A DNA stretch of 64,000 nt from an uncultured Gemmatimonadales bacterium (GCA_963828735.1 CAWHFW010000005.1:2464001-2528000), one strand, 5' to 3'. Counted from the first letter of the stretch, positions 49,451 through 59,062 are shown. Notes: a model not told the origin generated them from the sequence alone. Program-made: numbers and translations.

Positions 49451-50189
49451 GGGGCCATGAGGCCCGGCTCGCCTTCATCGTCGAGACATAAGGCTGCACC
49501 CGCTTCACCCACGCATCGATCTCCGGCGGGAAGATTGATCCCGTCTTGTGGGCGATCGAAACCTGAAAGCCGCTCTCGCTCAACTGTCGAGCCAACTCCT
49601 CCTCGTCTCGGCCCGCCTGGCCGCCGGTCCCGTGGAACTCGAGACCGACCGCGCGGACAAGGTGCAATTGCGGCCTGATCGACTCCAGCACTTCCGCTTC
49701 CATTCCTTCGATGTCGAGCTTGAGATAGTCGATCGGTCCGGTGATGTAGTCGGCCAGCGGGACCGTGTTGACCGGGATGTATTGGTCGGATCGCTGGGTG
49801 CCCCATTCCTGCCGGAGCGAGTGGGCCGAGGCCATCGGAGCGGGAACGCCGAATTCCCCGAACAAGCGGGCTGTGCCTCTCCGAGACGAGACAGCCAGGT
49901 TCAACAGCTCGACGCCTTCGAATCCATTGATTCCGATGTTGGTCTGCAGGAGCTCGAAGTTCTGGGGATCCGGCTCGAACGCAATGATTCGAGCCTCGGG
50001 GAACCGCCGCTTGAACCACGCGATGGAAAGGCCGATATGACTTCCGCAGTCCAGGATGATCGGGTCGCTCTTGTCGCAGTCGAACGAGTATTCCGCTTCC
50101 TCGAAGATCTCCCGTGAGAGCAGCTCGAATTCGGGCTCGTTGCGGTGGTGGAAGGTGAACCCGCCGCACTGGGCAGTGTAGGTTCGCAC
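49425..50189 (-). CDS. FkbM family methyltransferase
   Basis: ILDCGSHIG, IAFEPDP, YLKLDIEGME. Confidence 0.9.
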   Translation of the reverse strand: MRTYTAQCGGFTFHHRNEPEFELLSREIFEEAEYSFDCDKSDPIILDCGSHIGLSIAWFKRRFPEARIIAFEPDPQNFELLQTNIGINGFEGVELLNLAVSSRRGTARLFGEFGVPAPMASAHSLRQEWGTQRSDQYIPVNTVPLADYITGPIDYLKLDIEGMEAEVLESIRPQLHLVRAVGLEFHGTGGQAGRDEEELARQLSESGFQVSIAHKTGSIFPPEIDAWVKRVQPYVSTMKASRASWPPYSHAPRK

Positions 50190-50429
50190 GGATGATTCCT
50201 CGTCAGCGATCCTGAAATCCTGAGGAGCGGGGTCTCAAGGCGCGTCACTCTCAGCGGACGGGCAGGGTACGGACGCGCCGCTATTGCACCCACGTGCCCT
50301 TACTCGCCGCCTGATTGCGACCGACGCTCGTTCGCGGCAGATGGTTGAGCCCCGGCCGCCCTGCGACGGGCGATCTAGGGCTCTCTGGCCCGTAGCCGAC
50401 TGGAGCTCCCTGCCTGGGCGACAGGACTC

Positions 50430-50448
50430 TCGAGCCCAGGAGGGGCAA
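50430..50448 (+). repeat. isolated tRNA-Gln 3' end (T-loop to acceptor)
   Basis: TCGAGCCCAGGAGGGGCAA exact match to the junction core. Confidence 0.75.
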
Positions 50449-50460
50449 TTGGACTCCGTC

Positions 50461-50892
50461 CTACCTGGTGCTCTTCGCGATCTTGGCGCGAAGCTCGTTC
50501 ACGCCCGCCGCGATCTCGGGGCTGAAGTCCTCCGCCTCCCAGATCGGGCGGATCTCGAGGTCGCTCGGACCCGGCATCGGGTTGGGGCACCGCTTGGCCC
50601 ACTCGATCGCCTCTTCCATCGACCGGACCTGCCAGATCCAGTACCCCGCCACCAGCTCCTTCGCCTCGGCGAAGGGGCCGTCGGTCACCGACCGCTTGGT
50701 CCCATCGAAGTGGATCCGCTTCCCGAACTTGCTCGGCTTGAGCCCGTCACCGACGAGCATGATCCCCGCCTTGATCAGCTCTTCGTTGAACTTTCCCATC
50801 TGCTCGAACATCTCTTCGGCCCCTTCCATCTCGAAGGGATGCGACTCCGCTTCCGACTCCTTGGTCGCCTTCACGATCACCATGACCCGCAT
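50461..50892 (-). CDS. YciI family protein
   Basis: DGPFAEAKELVAGYW motif. Confidence 0.92.
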   Translation of the reverse strand: MRVMVIVKATKESEAESHPFEMEGAEEMFEQMGKFNEELIKAGIMLVGDGLKPSKFGKRIHFDGTKRSVTDGPFAEAKELVAGYWIWQVRSMEEAIEWAKRCPNPMPGPSDLEIRPIWEAEDFSPEIAAGVNELRAKIAKSTR

Positions 50893-51403
50893 AGGACCTC
50901 CTCGATGGTTGGGAGCGGCCCTGGTGGCCTGCTCTACCCATACGTCGTTCGGGGGTACCGGAAATCGACATCACCTGCCCAGGAAGAGCTCTTTGGCCAT
51001 CGTCGCGGCCGGCTCGGCCGCCAGGTTGTGGGTCTGCCCCTCGAGCTAACGAAGCCGGGGATCGCCCCGCTCGTCGGCGCGGACCAGTTCGCAAAGGGCA
51101 GCGACGTGCTGACTCGGCGTCTTCCCGCTTGCCGTCGTCGGTACACGCCGCTTCGTACATGGCCACCTTCTTGAAGCCGAGCCCGCCACTTACGCCTGCT
51201 CGCCTCGGCGACGGCAAAAGTGTACAGGATTGTAGAGACAGGGAACAGTACGGGGATTGGTACCGACTCGACCCGATCATCTCGAGGCCGCCGGGCTCTC
51301 CCGTGGGCTCGGGTTCCCCGCGCGGCCCTAGAGTGCGTGTTCAAGGCGCTGCTGATCCTGAGGTCGGAGAGTCGGCTCAGTCCTTCTCTCCGACCGCCGC
51401 CGC

Positions 51404-52174
51404 CTACCCCACCGCCCGCAGCGGCTGCTCGCCGGTAGCGCCTTCCAGCGATTCCGTTCTCACCACGATCGCCGTGATGTTGTCCCGCCCGCCCCGGCGG
51501 TTCGCCTCCGTGATCATCCGGTCCACCCAGCGCTGCGGTTCACCATCCGAGCTCAGGATCCGGATGAGCTCCTCGTCCTCCAGCATCCCCGTCAGTCCGT
51601 CCGACGCCAGCAGGATGATGTCCCCTTGCTCCAACGAACCGAGGTAGATGTCCGGCACCACCTCGCCGCTCCCGCCGACGCAGCGGGTGATGATGCTGCC
51701 GGACGGATGGCCCCGGGCCTGGTCAGGCGTGAGCAGCCCCGCGTCCACCAGCTCCTGAACGTAGGAATGGTCCTTGGTGAGCTGGAGAAACTGCCCGTCG
51801 CGGAGAAGATACGCTCGACTGTCACCCACCTGCCCGATGAGATAGCGGCCCCCGAGCAGGACCAGCACGGTGGCCGTCGTCCCCATTCCCTGCTGGTGGT
51901 GCTCCGACAGGGCGCGCTCGAAGATCGCGTCGTTGGCGGCCCGGATCGCCGCTCGCATCCGATCGCTCGCCTCCTCGTCCGACATCCCGCGGAGCGAGCC
52001 GATGGCGCGGGACGTGATCCGCACCGCCATCTCGCTGGCGACTTCCCCGGCCGCATGCCCCCCCATTCCGTCCGCGACGATGAAGATCCCGCGCTCGGAG
52101 TGCATGAGGTAGCTGTCTTCGTTGCCCGACCTGACGATCCCGACGTCGGTGCGGGCGGCGCAGGTGAAGTGCAC
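51404..52174 (-). CDS. PP2C-type Ser/Thr phosphatase
   Basis: RSGNED, VADGMGGH, GDSRAY, SDGL, GRDNIT. Confidence 0.93.
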   Translation of the reverse strand: MHFTCAARTDVGIVRSGNEDSYLMHSERGIFIVADGMGGHAAGEVASEMAVRITSRAIGSLRGMSDEEASDRMRAAIRAANDAIFERALSEHHQQGMGTTATVLVLLGGRYLIGQVGDSRAYLLRDGQFLQLTKDHSYVQELVDAGLLTPDQARGHPSGSIITRCVGGSGEVVPDIYLGSLEQGDIILLASDGLTGMLEDEELIRILSSDGEPQRWVDRMITEANRRGGRDNITAIVVRTESLEGATGEQPLRAVG

Positions 52175-52265
52175 GGTGCCTCGTCGGCTCCAGGTCAGTA
52201 AGCAGGGCGGGCGACCGCCTCGTCGCGGGCGTCACGGTGCGGGGTCTTTCCGCGCCGCTCGCTGC

Positions 52266-52356
52266 TGTCATCCTGAGGAAACGCAGTGACCGACGGATTC
52301 ACTCGACCGAGCACCGAGCTTGGTCCGCCCAGGTCTTCGCTTCGCTCAGGATGACA
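52266..52356. repeat. REP/MITE-like palindromic element
   Basis: Perfect 12-bp terminal inverted repeat TGTCATCCTGAG / CTCAGGATGACA in an intergenic region. Confidence 0.7.
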
Positions 52357-52398
52357 AAGGTCGCAGGGTGCACTGTGAGGCATCCTGCGACCCACAGT

Positions 52399-53226
52399 TC
52401 ACCGGATCTCCTGCGGCTCTCCGTAGAGGAAATCGTCCATCACGACGAGATCGAGGTTGCCGCCGTCACTGAGATCCTGGACGTCCGCGCCGAGCGCCCG
52501 CTGGCCCGACGTGATCCGGACCTGCGCCACGATCGGCGACTCGAACACGACTCCGACGAAGGAAAATCCGGCCGGATCGCTCCGGACCGGCGCGTTGTAC
52601 CGGCCCAGGCTCCGGCCCTCGGCGTCGAGAAGCGTGATGGACGCCGCCCCCACTCGCTCGACATCGGAGAACACCAGCCCGAACCCGCGCGTCGCCGCCG
52701 GAGTGTCGGAGCCAGGCACGCGGAAGGTAGTGGTCAGCGACGCGCTGCCGACCGGCATGAAGGTCTTCGGGGCGCTGAAGGCGTTGAAGTCGTCGGCGTA
52801 GTTCGGGTTGGTGTCAGCGAAATCGTTGTCGCTGTTGTGGAATCCGCTGCCATCGGTGGTGAAGATCGCACCAGCCTTCACCGTGGTGTTGAAGAAGTCG
52901 CCCGGCATGTCCGCCGGAGCGCCGTCCCATTTGATTTCGCGCCGGCCGGCTTGCAGAGGCCCTGGTGTGCCGCCGTTCGGTGGATCGCCGAGCGCGGCGC
53001 GGAACTCGGTGAGCGTCGCAGTGAGATCGCCCGTCGCAGTAAAGACCCGGAACTCGGACCGACCCACGGCCGCCGAGGTGGCATATCCTCCCGGCCTGGC
53101 AATCGCCGCGGTGTCCCCGTCCCCCGGGCCGGTCATGTTGGAGTTGCGGTCATATCCGCACGCCGTTGCTGCCAACGTCAGGACAACGATCCCGGCGCCG
53201 AGCAGGCCGCCAAACTTTCCAGCCAT
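52399..53226 (-). CDS. hypothetical lipoprotein
   Basis: Lipobox ATAC; RREIKWDG...VMDDFLYGEP. Confidence 0.8.
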   Translation of the reverse strand: MAGKFGGLLGAGIVVLTLAATACGYDRNSNMTGPGDGDTAAIARPGGYATSAAVGRSEFRVFTATGDLTATLTEFRAALGDPPNGGTPGPLQAGRREIKWDGAPADMPGDFFNTTVKAGAIFTTDGSGFHNSDNDFADTNPNYADDFNAFSAPKTFMPVGSASLTTTFRVPGSDTPAATRGFGLVFSDVERVGAASITLLDAEGRSLGRYNAPVRSDPAGFSFVGVVFESPIVAQVRITSGQRALGADVQDLSDGGNLDLVVMDDFLYGEPQEIR

Positions 53227-53671
53227 GGTTCCCTCCCTGAGGTGAATAAGTCCCTGATGCCAAGCGTGTATCGCCAGCCGGCCAGTCAGACCCGTGGCCG
53301 CAGGCACAGCGTCCTTCGGTACCATGCGGCGCCAATATGGGAATGCCGCGGTCCGCGAACATCCGGCCTCGGTCCGGACTGGAGGCTCACGATCGCCGGA
53401 CGCGCGAGGGCGCCTAAGGCGGGGGTGGATCCCTGTCTGGAGTCGGAGGGCATGGCGATGTGCCGCCTAAGAGCCGTAGGTCGAGGTCTGTGGGTCCTAG
53501 CTCGTGGCTGGCAGGGTCTACGACCCGAGATCGACGACCTACGACTCGGCGGTGGGTATTGCGATCCAGGGCCCGAAGGGCTGCCGCGGCAACGAACGCG
53601 GGGCGCGTCGTCTACACGCTCGTATGGTGCCCAGCGCGCCCCCGTGTCTCGGGCCGACGTCGGAGAGGGTC

Positions 53672-53926
53672 GGCAAGCTTCGACGTCTGTGTGAGCAAAG
53701 GCGGGCAGAATCCAGCATTCAGCACAGCCAACTGCAGCATCGGGCGACACGAACTCGCGTGAATCGTTGCAGTTGCTGGAGTTTGGGCAGCTACTGCGTC
53801 CCCTCTGGATCAGGAGTGTCCTGGTTGACTTCAAAAGGTCGCCTTCGGCTCACCTGCGGTGGCCTTCGGCTCGAGGCCAGGAGGGGCAACTGAAAGCTCT
53901 GCAACGGATTTTGTTGTGGAGCTTTT
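53672..53926 (+). repeat. att-like junction with 45-nt T-loop insert, fifth terminator type
   Basis: Core at 53803, insert 53827-53871, AAAGCTCTGCAAC..GTTGTGGAGCTTTT. Confidence 0.9.
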
Positions 53927-54029
53927 CTGTTTTTCAGCTGCCCTTGGTGTGTGCTCCGCTGTGGGTTCCTGACCCGTTGCTGTCACGCGAGCTCAAGCCC
54001 CGCGCCGAGGATGAGCACGCGCCTCTTGA

Positions 54030-54695
54030 TCACGCCATCGCCGGCTGCGGGACGAGGCGAAGGTAAGGCTTCAGCTGTTTCCAGCCGTTCGGATAGAGGG
54101 TCTTGGCCTCATCGTTCGACACCGAGGGCACGATGATGACGTCCTCGCCCGGCTGCCAGTTGACGGGAGTCGCGAGGCGGTGCTTGGCGGTGAGCCGCAT
54201 CGAGTCGATGACCCGAAGGATCTCGTCGAAGTTTCGGCCCGTGGTCATAGGGTACGAAATGGTGAGCTTGATCTTCTTGTCTGGCGCTATGACGTACACC
54301 GTACGGACGGTCTGGTTGTCGGCGGCAGTGCGAACGCTGGCGTCTCCTTCTGTCGCGGCGGGGAGCATGTCGTAGAGTTTCGAGACGGCCAGCGTCGGGT
54401 CGCCGATCATCGGGAAGTTCGGGGCGACGCCCTGCGTCTCCTCGATGTCTTTGGCCCAGCCCTCGTGCTTGTCGACGGGGTCGACGGAGAGGCCGATGAC
54501 CTTGACTCCGCGCTTGTCGAATTCGGGTTTGAGCTTCGCCACGTAGCCGAGCTCCGTCGTGCAGACCGGCGTGAAGTCTTTGGGGTGCGAGAACAGGATC
54601 CCCCAGGCGTCTCCGAGCCAGGCGTGAAACGAGATCGGCCCGTGGGTGGTGTCGGCGCGGAAGTCGGGGGCGGTGTCGGCGATTCTGAGGGACAT
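54030..54695 (-). CDS. 1-Cys peroxiredoxin (Prx6 family)
   Basis: FSHPKDFTPVCTTE and GRNFDEILR. Confidence 0.95.
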   Translation of the reverse strand: MSLRIADTAPDFRADTTHGPISFHAWLGDAWGILFSHPKDFTPVCTTELGYVAKLKPEFDKRGVKVIGLSVDPVDKHEGWAKDIEETQGVAPNFPMIGDPTLAVSKLYDMLPAATEGDASVRTAADNQTVRTVYVIAPDKKIKLTISYPMTTGRNFDEILRVIDSMRLTAKHRLATPVNWQPGEDVIIVPSVSNDEAKTLYPNGWKQLKPYLRLVPQPAMA

Positions 54696-54828
54696 GGCTA
54701 TCTCCTTTTGGGTGTTGAGTCCGATTGCAAAGGGACGTTAACGACCGTACGTTCCCTGAGCGTTCCCCCAGTGCGCTCGGTCCGGTGACGCGGATTTGCG
54801 GGCGCGGGTGGCGCCTCAGGCAGGTACA

Positions 54829-56544
54829 ATGCGCGTCCAGATCCTCCTGCTCGGCCAGTTCCGTGTCAGCGTTGGCGACACCGTCATCCCCGCGGACGCC
54901 TGGCGCCGCGAGCGTGCCGCCGCTCTCGTGAAGCGCCTGGCGCTGCTCGCGCGACATCGTCTCCACCGCGAGCAGGCGATGGAACTGTTCTGGCCGGACC
55001 TGGACTCGGATGCCGCGGGTGCGAACCTGCGAAAGGCCATCCATTTCGCTCGGCGCTCACTGGGCGAGCACGACCTGCTCGAAGTGAACGGCGATATCGT
55101 CGCCCTCGCGCCGAGAGCCGAGCTCGTCATCGACACCGAGGAGTTCGACGCTGCCGCCAAGGCGGCACTCAGCGGCCAGGGTGGCAGCGAGTGCAAGCGA
55201 GCGGCGGACCTGTACGGCGGAGAGCTCCTACCCGACGACCGCTACGTGGAGTGGCTGGAGGAACCGCGGCAGCAGCTGCGGGAGCTCTACGCGCGAGTGC
55301 TCAAGACGGGCAAGCTGTGGGAGCGGCTGGTCACACTCGATCCGACCGACGAGCAAGCCCAATGCGCACTCATGCAGGCAGCGCTCGACGCCGGGAACCG
55401 CGCCGAAGCGATCCGGCTGTTTCAGCGCCTTCGGGAACTATTGCGCATCGAGCTCGGCGTGGGGCCGAGAGCCGCCACCATCGCGATCTACGAGCGCGCG
55501 CTCGCGATGTCGGGGGTCGCGCCCGTTAGTCCCGTCGATGGCATCCGCGCCTCTCTTGCCTGGGGGCTCGTTCATCTCCAAAGCGGTGATTTCGCGAAGG
55601 CCGAGAGCATCGCCAGGGAGACGCGCGACCTGGCTCTCGGGGCCGAGCTTGGGCGCGAGGTGGGAGAGGCCAGCGCGCTCCTCGGACTGGCCGCGCACAT
55701 GCGGGGCCAGTGGCGGGATCTATTCCTAACGGAATTCACGGAGTGGATTCGCGCCGCGCCGAAGTTCGCCTCGAACATGTTCGACGGACACCTGTGCTTG
55801 GCCCAGTTCTGTCTCTGTGGATCGAGCGGTCTCGAGGAGACGCGGAGCACTGCGCAGGAGCTGCTCTCGGTCGCGGAGCGCGAGGGCTCGGTCGCAGGGC
55901 GCGCGCTCGCGCTGGTGTGCCTGGGCGAGGCCGAGCTCTTCTCGGGCCGGCTCGATGAAGCCGAGCGGCTCCTGGATGAAGCCGAGCGCCTCCATGTCGA
56001 GAGTGGGACGGCCGCAGGGCGCGCGCTCGCTCTCGAGCGGCTGGCGGAGATCGCGCTCTTGCGTGGTCAGAAGTGGCGGGCAGGCCGCATTGTCCAGCGA
56101 GCGGAGCGTGTCGCCCAGACGAGCTGGCTAACGCCGCACCTCCTCATCCGTCTGAAGGGCCTTGCCGTGCAGACAGCATCGACCCCGGAAAAGGCCGCCA
56201 AAGTCATCCTGGAGGGCGATCGAGCGCTGGCGGGCGGGAGCAGCTGCCAACCTTGTTCGATGGGATTTCGTGCCGCGGCCGCGATAGCGCTCGCCGAGGC
56301 GGGCGAACTGGAACAGGTCGGCCGGCGGCTCGACGAAGCCGAGCGCCTGGCTGGCATGTGGAGCGGCGGCCCGTGGGTCGCGGCCCTGTGGGAGGCGCGT
56401 GGCGTGCAGCGCAGGGCCCAAGGCAGCGAAGAGCGAGCTCTGGCGGCTTTCAGCGAGGCGGCCGAACGGTTCGGGGAGCTGGGGCGGCCACTCGATGAAG
56501 CGCGCTGCCGGGGCCGGATGAAACTCGCTACCGCCGCCCACTGA
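54829..56544 (+). CDS. SARP/BTAD family transcriptional activator with TPR-like region
   Basis: LLGQFRV, LHREQ...FWPDL, YGGELLPDDRY; divergent from the peroxiredoxin. Confidence 0.88.
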   Translation: MRVQILLLGQFRVSVGDTVIPADAWRRERAAALVKRLALLARHRLHREQAMELFWPDLDSDAAGANLRKAIHFARRSLGEHDLLEVNGDIVALAPRAELVIDTEEFDAAAKAALSGQGGSECKRAADLYGGELLPDDRYVEWLEEPRQQLRELYARVLKTGKLWERLVTLDPTDEQAQCALMQAALDAGNRAEAIRLFQRLRELLRIELGVGPRAATIAIYERALAMSGVAPVSPVDGIRASLAWGLVHLQSGDFAKAESIARETRDLALGAELGREVGEASALLGLAAHMRGQWRDLFLTEFTEWIRAAPKFASNMFDGHLCLAQFCLCGSSGLEETRSTAQELLSVAEREGSVAGRALALVCLGEAELFSGRLDEAERLLDEAERLHVESGTAAGRALALERLAEIALLRGQKWRAGRIVQRAERVAQTSWLTPHLLIRLKGLAVQTASTPEKAAKVILEGDRALAGGSSCQPCSMGFRAAAAIALAEAGELEQVGRRLDEAERLAGMWSGGPWVAALWEARGVQRRAQGSEERALAAFSEAAERFGELGRPLDEARCRGRMKLATAAH

Positions 56545-56550
56545 AGGCGG

Positions 56551-56741
56551 AGTCGCGGGAATTGGGGTGGTTACAGCGGCCCCTCTGGATCAGGGGAGTC
56601 CTGGTTGACCTCAAAAGGTCGCCTTCGGCTCACCTGCGGTGGCCTTCGGCTCGAGCCAAGGGGGGCAATGAAGCCCGGCAACGAATCAGCTGTTGCCGGG
56701 CATCGTCGATTGCCTACCTGCCGTAGTTCCGCCGTAGTTTC
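56551..56741 (+). repeat. att-like junction (left arm truncated) with 45-nt insert and tandem GCCGTAGTT motifs
   Basis: Core at 56583, insert 56607-56651, terminator, GCCGTAGTTCCGCCGTAGTTTC. Confidence 0.9.
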
Positions 56742-56748
56742 TCGCCCT

Positions 56749-56800
56749 TCAGCTCCCCACACTTCGCAGTTCGGGGAGCATCCATCACCCGGACCATCAG
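56749..56800 (-). pseudogene. extreme C-terminal scrap of a tyrosine recombinase
   Basis: MVRVMDAP matches MLRVMNAP/MLRVMEAP of the 1100 and 9100 remnants, in the same position. Confidence 0.5.
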
Positions 56801-56821
56801 CACCTCATGGGTCTGCCGAGG

Positions 56822-57913
56822 TCAGAACGTGATCGACCGGATCCAGGCGGCGGAGGCGACGCTGGCGAGATTCAAATCGGGCAGCTTGGCCCGCAAGTCC
56901 TCCATGTTCTTGATCTGTTCTTTCAACAGGAAGGACTGGGTAACCAGGACACCGGGGAACACGACCTGCTTGCTGCCGAGTTGACCGGCCAACTGAAGGG
57001 CCAGCGTGCGGGTGACGGCGGCGCCGACCGCGCTCGGATCGGTGGTGGCGGTGGCCTTCCAGGGGCTGTCCTTCTTGGTCATCAGCTCGATGTCGGCGTT
57101 CGAGATGTCGATCCCATACGCGGCGACCTTCGATGCCCAGCTTGTTCTGTTCGATGGCTGAAACGGTGCCCTTGGTCAGCTCGTCGTAGGGAGCGAAGAC
57201 GGCCTTCACCCCGGGATGGGCCTTGAGCGCCTCGGCGGCGAGCCGCGCGTTGTCGGCCGCCACGGCGTGGCTGAACTTACCGACAGCGAACTTCTGGTCC
57301 CATTTGTGGTCGGCGACGAACTTCTTCCACACGACGTCGCGCCGCTCGAGCGGGGCGATGACGAACGGGTTCACATAGCCGACGGGGACACCGTCGCCGA
57401 TGTCCTTGGTCATCTGGGTGAGCACGAGGGTGGCGAGATCGGCGTCGTTCTGCGCGGTCTCGATGGCCTTGGGGGCACACTCGGCGACTTTGACGTCGTA
57501 CACCACGACGGCGATCCCGGCGTCGGTGGCCTGGTTGATCAGCGGGCACAGGGTGGCGGATCGACCATGGTCCACGATGATGCCGGCGACGCGGGACTCT
57601 ATCGCGGTTTTCATGTCGGCGGCCTGTCTGGCATCGTCGGCCCGCGCGTCGTAGAGCTGCATGCTGAAGCCGATCGCGTCGGCCTGCTGCTGTGGCGCCC
57701 TTGGTCCACAGCTCGAAGTAGTCACCGGCGCCGCTGTACTGGACCAGGGCGATCTTCACCGGCCCTTTGTCGAACGGACTCGGCTTCTCAGCCGTCGTCG
57801 GCAGCCGTATCGGTGCGAGCCGCACCCTGTTGATCGCGGTCGCGGTTCTGGGAGCAGGCCACGAGAAGGAGAGCAGTGCACAGCCCGAAGCTGGGAATCG
57901 TCTTGCTCCTCAT
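56822..57913 (-). pseudogene. sugar ABC transporter substrate-binding lipoprotein, multiply frameshifted
   Basis: Lipobox LVAC; KIALVQYSGAGDYF; GIIVDHG; VFAPYDELTKG; WKATATTDP across several frames. Confidence 0.8.
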
Positions 57914-57976
57914 TTGATCCCCCTTTCCGATGATCTGGGGTCTGGTGAGGCAAGAACTCGTAAGTCGCTGGCGGTC

Positions 57977-58049
57977 CAAACTACGACATCCGGAGCGAGT
58001 AAACCACGGCAGAGTCCCATAATCGGACCCGGCAAAGCCCAGCATCGGG
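57977..58049 (+). repeat. degenerate junction left arm only
   Basis: CAAACTACGACAT..GAGCGAGTAAACCACGGCAGAGTCC..GGCAAAGCCCAGCATCGGG. Confidence 0.7.
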
Positions 58050-58108
58050 GGAACGCCGAGACCGATCGGCTCGTTGTAGCTTCGCTATTGCAGCGGCGTC
58101 TCGCTCGT

Positions 58109-59062
58109 TCACTTGAGGAGTCCCCCGAAGCTGATGAACACGACGAATCGATTGCCCTCGAAGGTGGACCGGGCCCCCACGTCCCAGAGATACCGGGCCG
58201 TGATTGACCCGACGTAGGGCTCTTTGTACAGGCCGGTGTAGATCAGTTCCGGGCCCACGGTGTACAGGTGGTTCTTGCCGGGTGCCAGAGTAGCAGGGAA
58301 GTCGTTTCCACTATCCTCGCTGATCTTCCATTGACCTCCGTAAGCCACCCTGGCCTGGAGCTTGTCACCAAGGAGTTTCGCGCCCAACCCGCCCTCAACT
58401 GAGAGGATGTCCCCCGGCTTGAGGTCCTGGCCTTCCTTGTTGGTGTGGGTTTCGTAGGACACCAGCGCAGAAAGCTGATAGCGCTGGCCGGGGTCGAAGT
58501 AGAAGGTCGAGCCGCCGGACAGCTCGAAGGACCACATCCCAAGGCCCTTGTTCTCATTGCCGTTCGGTTCATAACTCCCGGTTGGAGCATAGAACCCGAA
58601 CCCGGCCATGTAGTCGGCCCGCGACGTGTGCCATCCCAGATTCACCGGCTGGACGTAGATGTCCGAAAGGCCGAGCGACGAGCTGGTAGCGAACCCGAGG
58701 CGGGGCACCTCCAGGGAGCTGGCGACCGCGGGCACGAGCAGCTGAAGTCCGTAGGTCCCGCCAAGCACCTTCCTGGGCGTCACGACCCAGGCGAAGAGCC
58801 CGAGCGAGCTCAGGGAAAGGTCGAAGGGCGTCGCGCTGCCATTGTGGTCTACGATGTTGTTTACGTCCCAATTCGCGTAGGTGAGTCCCAGAAGTACGGC
58901 CGGCGGTGGTTGGGTACCGGACTTGGAGCCCCAGGCCATCAAGGCGTGGGAGCCGGCGAGCTGCGCTTCCGACCGCCCGTGGCACAAGATGAGGAGAACG
59001 GCCATAGTGGCGCTGATACGCCGGCCCCGTCCCCGAAACCGACCCGACACTACGAAGGTCAT
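58109..59062 (-). CDS. SphA / Phenol_MetA_deg-like outer-membrane protein
   Basis: GTQPPP, GLSDIYVQPVNLGWH, YAPTGSY. Confidence 0.8.
   Translation of the reverse strand: MTFVVSGRFRGRGRRISATMAVLLILCHGRSEAQLAGSHALMAWGSKSGTQPPPAVLLGLTYANWDVNNIVDHNGSATPFDLSLSSLGLFAWVVTPRKVLGGTYGLQLLVPAVASSLEVPRLGFATSSSLGLSDIYVQPVNLGWHTSRADYMAGFGFYAPTGSYEPNGNENKGLGMWSFELSGGSTFYFDPGQRYQLSALVSYETHTNKEGQDLKPGDILSVEGGLGAKLLGDKLQARVAYGGQWKISEDSGNDFPATLAPGKNHLYTVGPELIYTGLYKEPYVGSITARYLWDVGARSTFEGNRFVVFISFGGLLK

Noticed and set aside
592..56832. Recurring short ORFs such as MLEFAGFHARLCRTLLTQM, PLWIRRVLV and NQDSPDPEGP
   Set aside because: They are translations of the junction repeat in varying frames and strands with frame-breaking indels; they also falsely extend the kinase and MFS ORFs at their N-termini.
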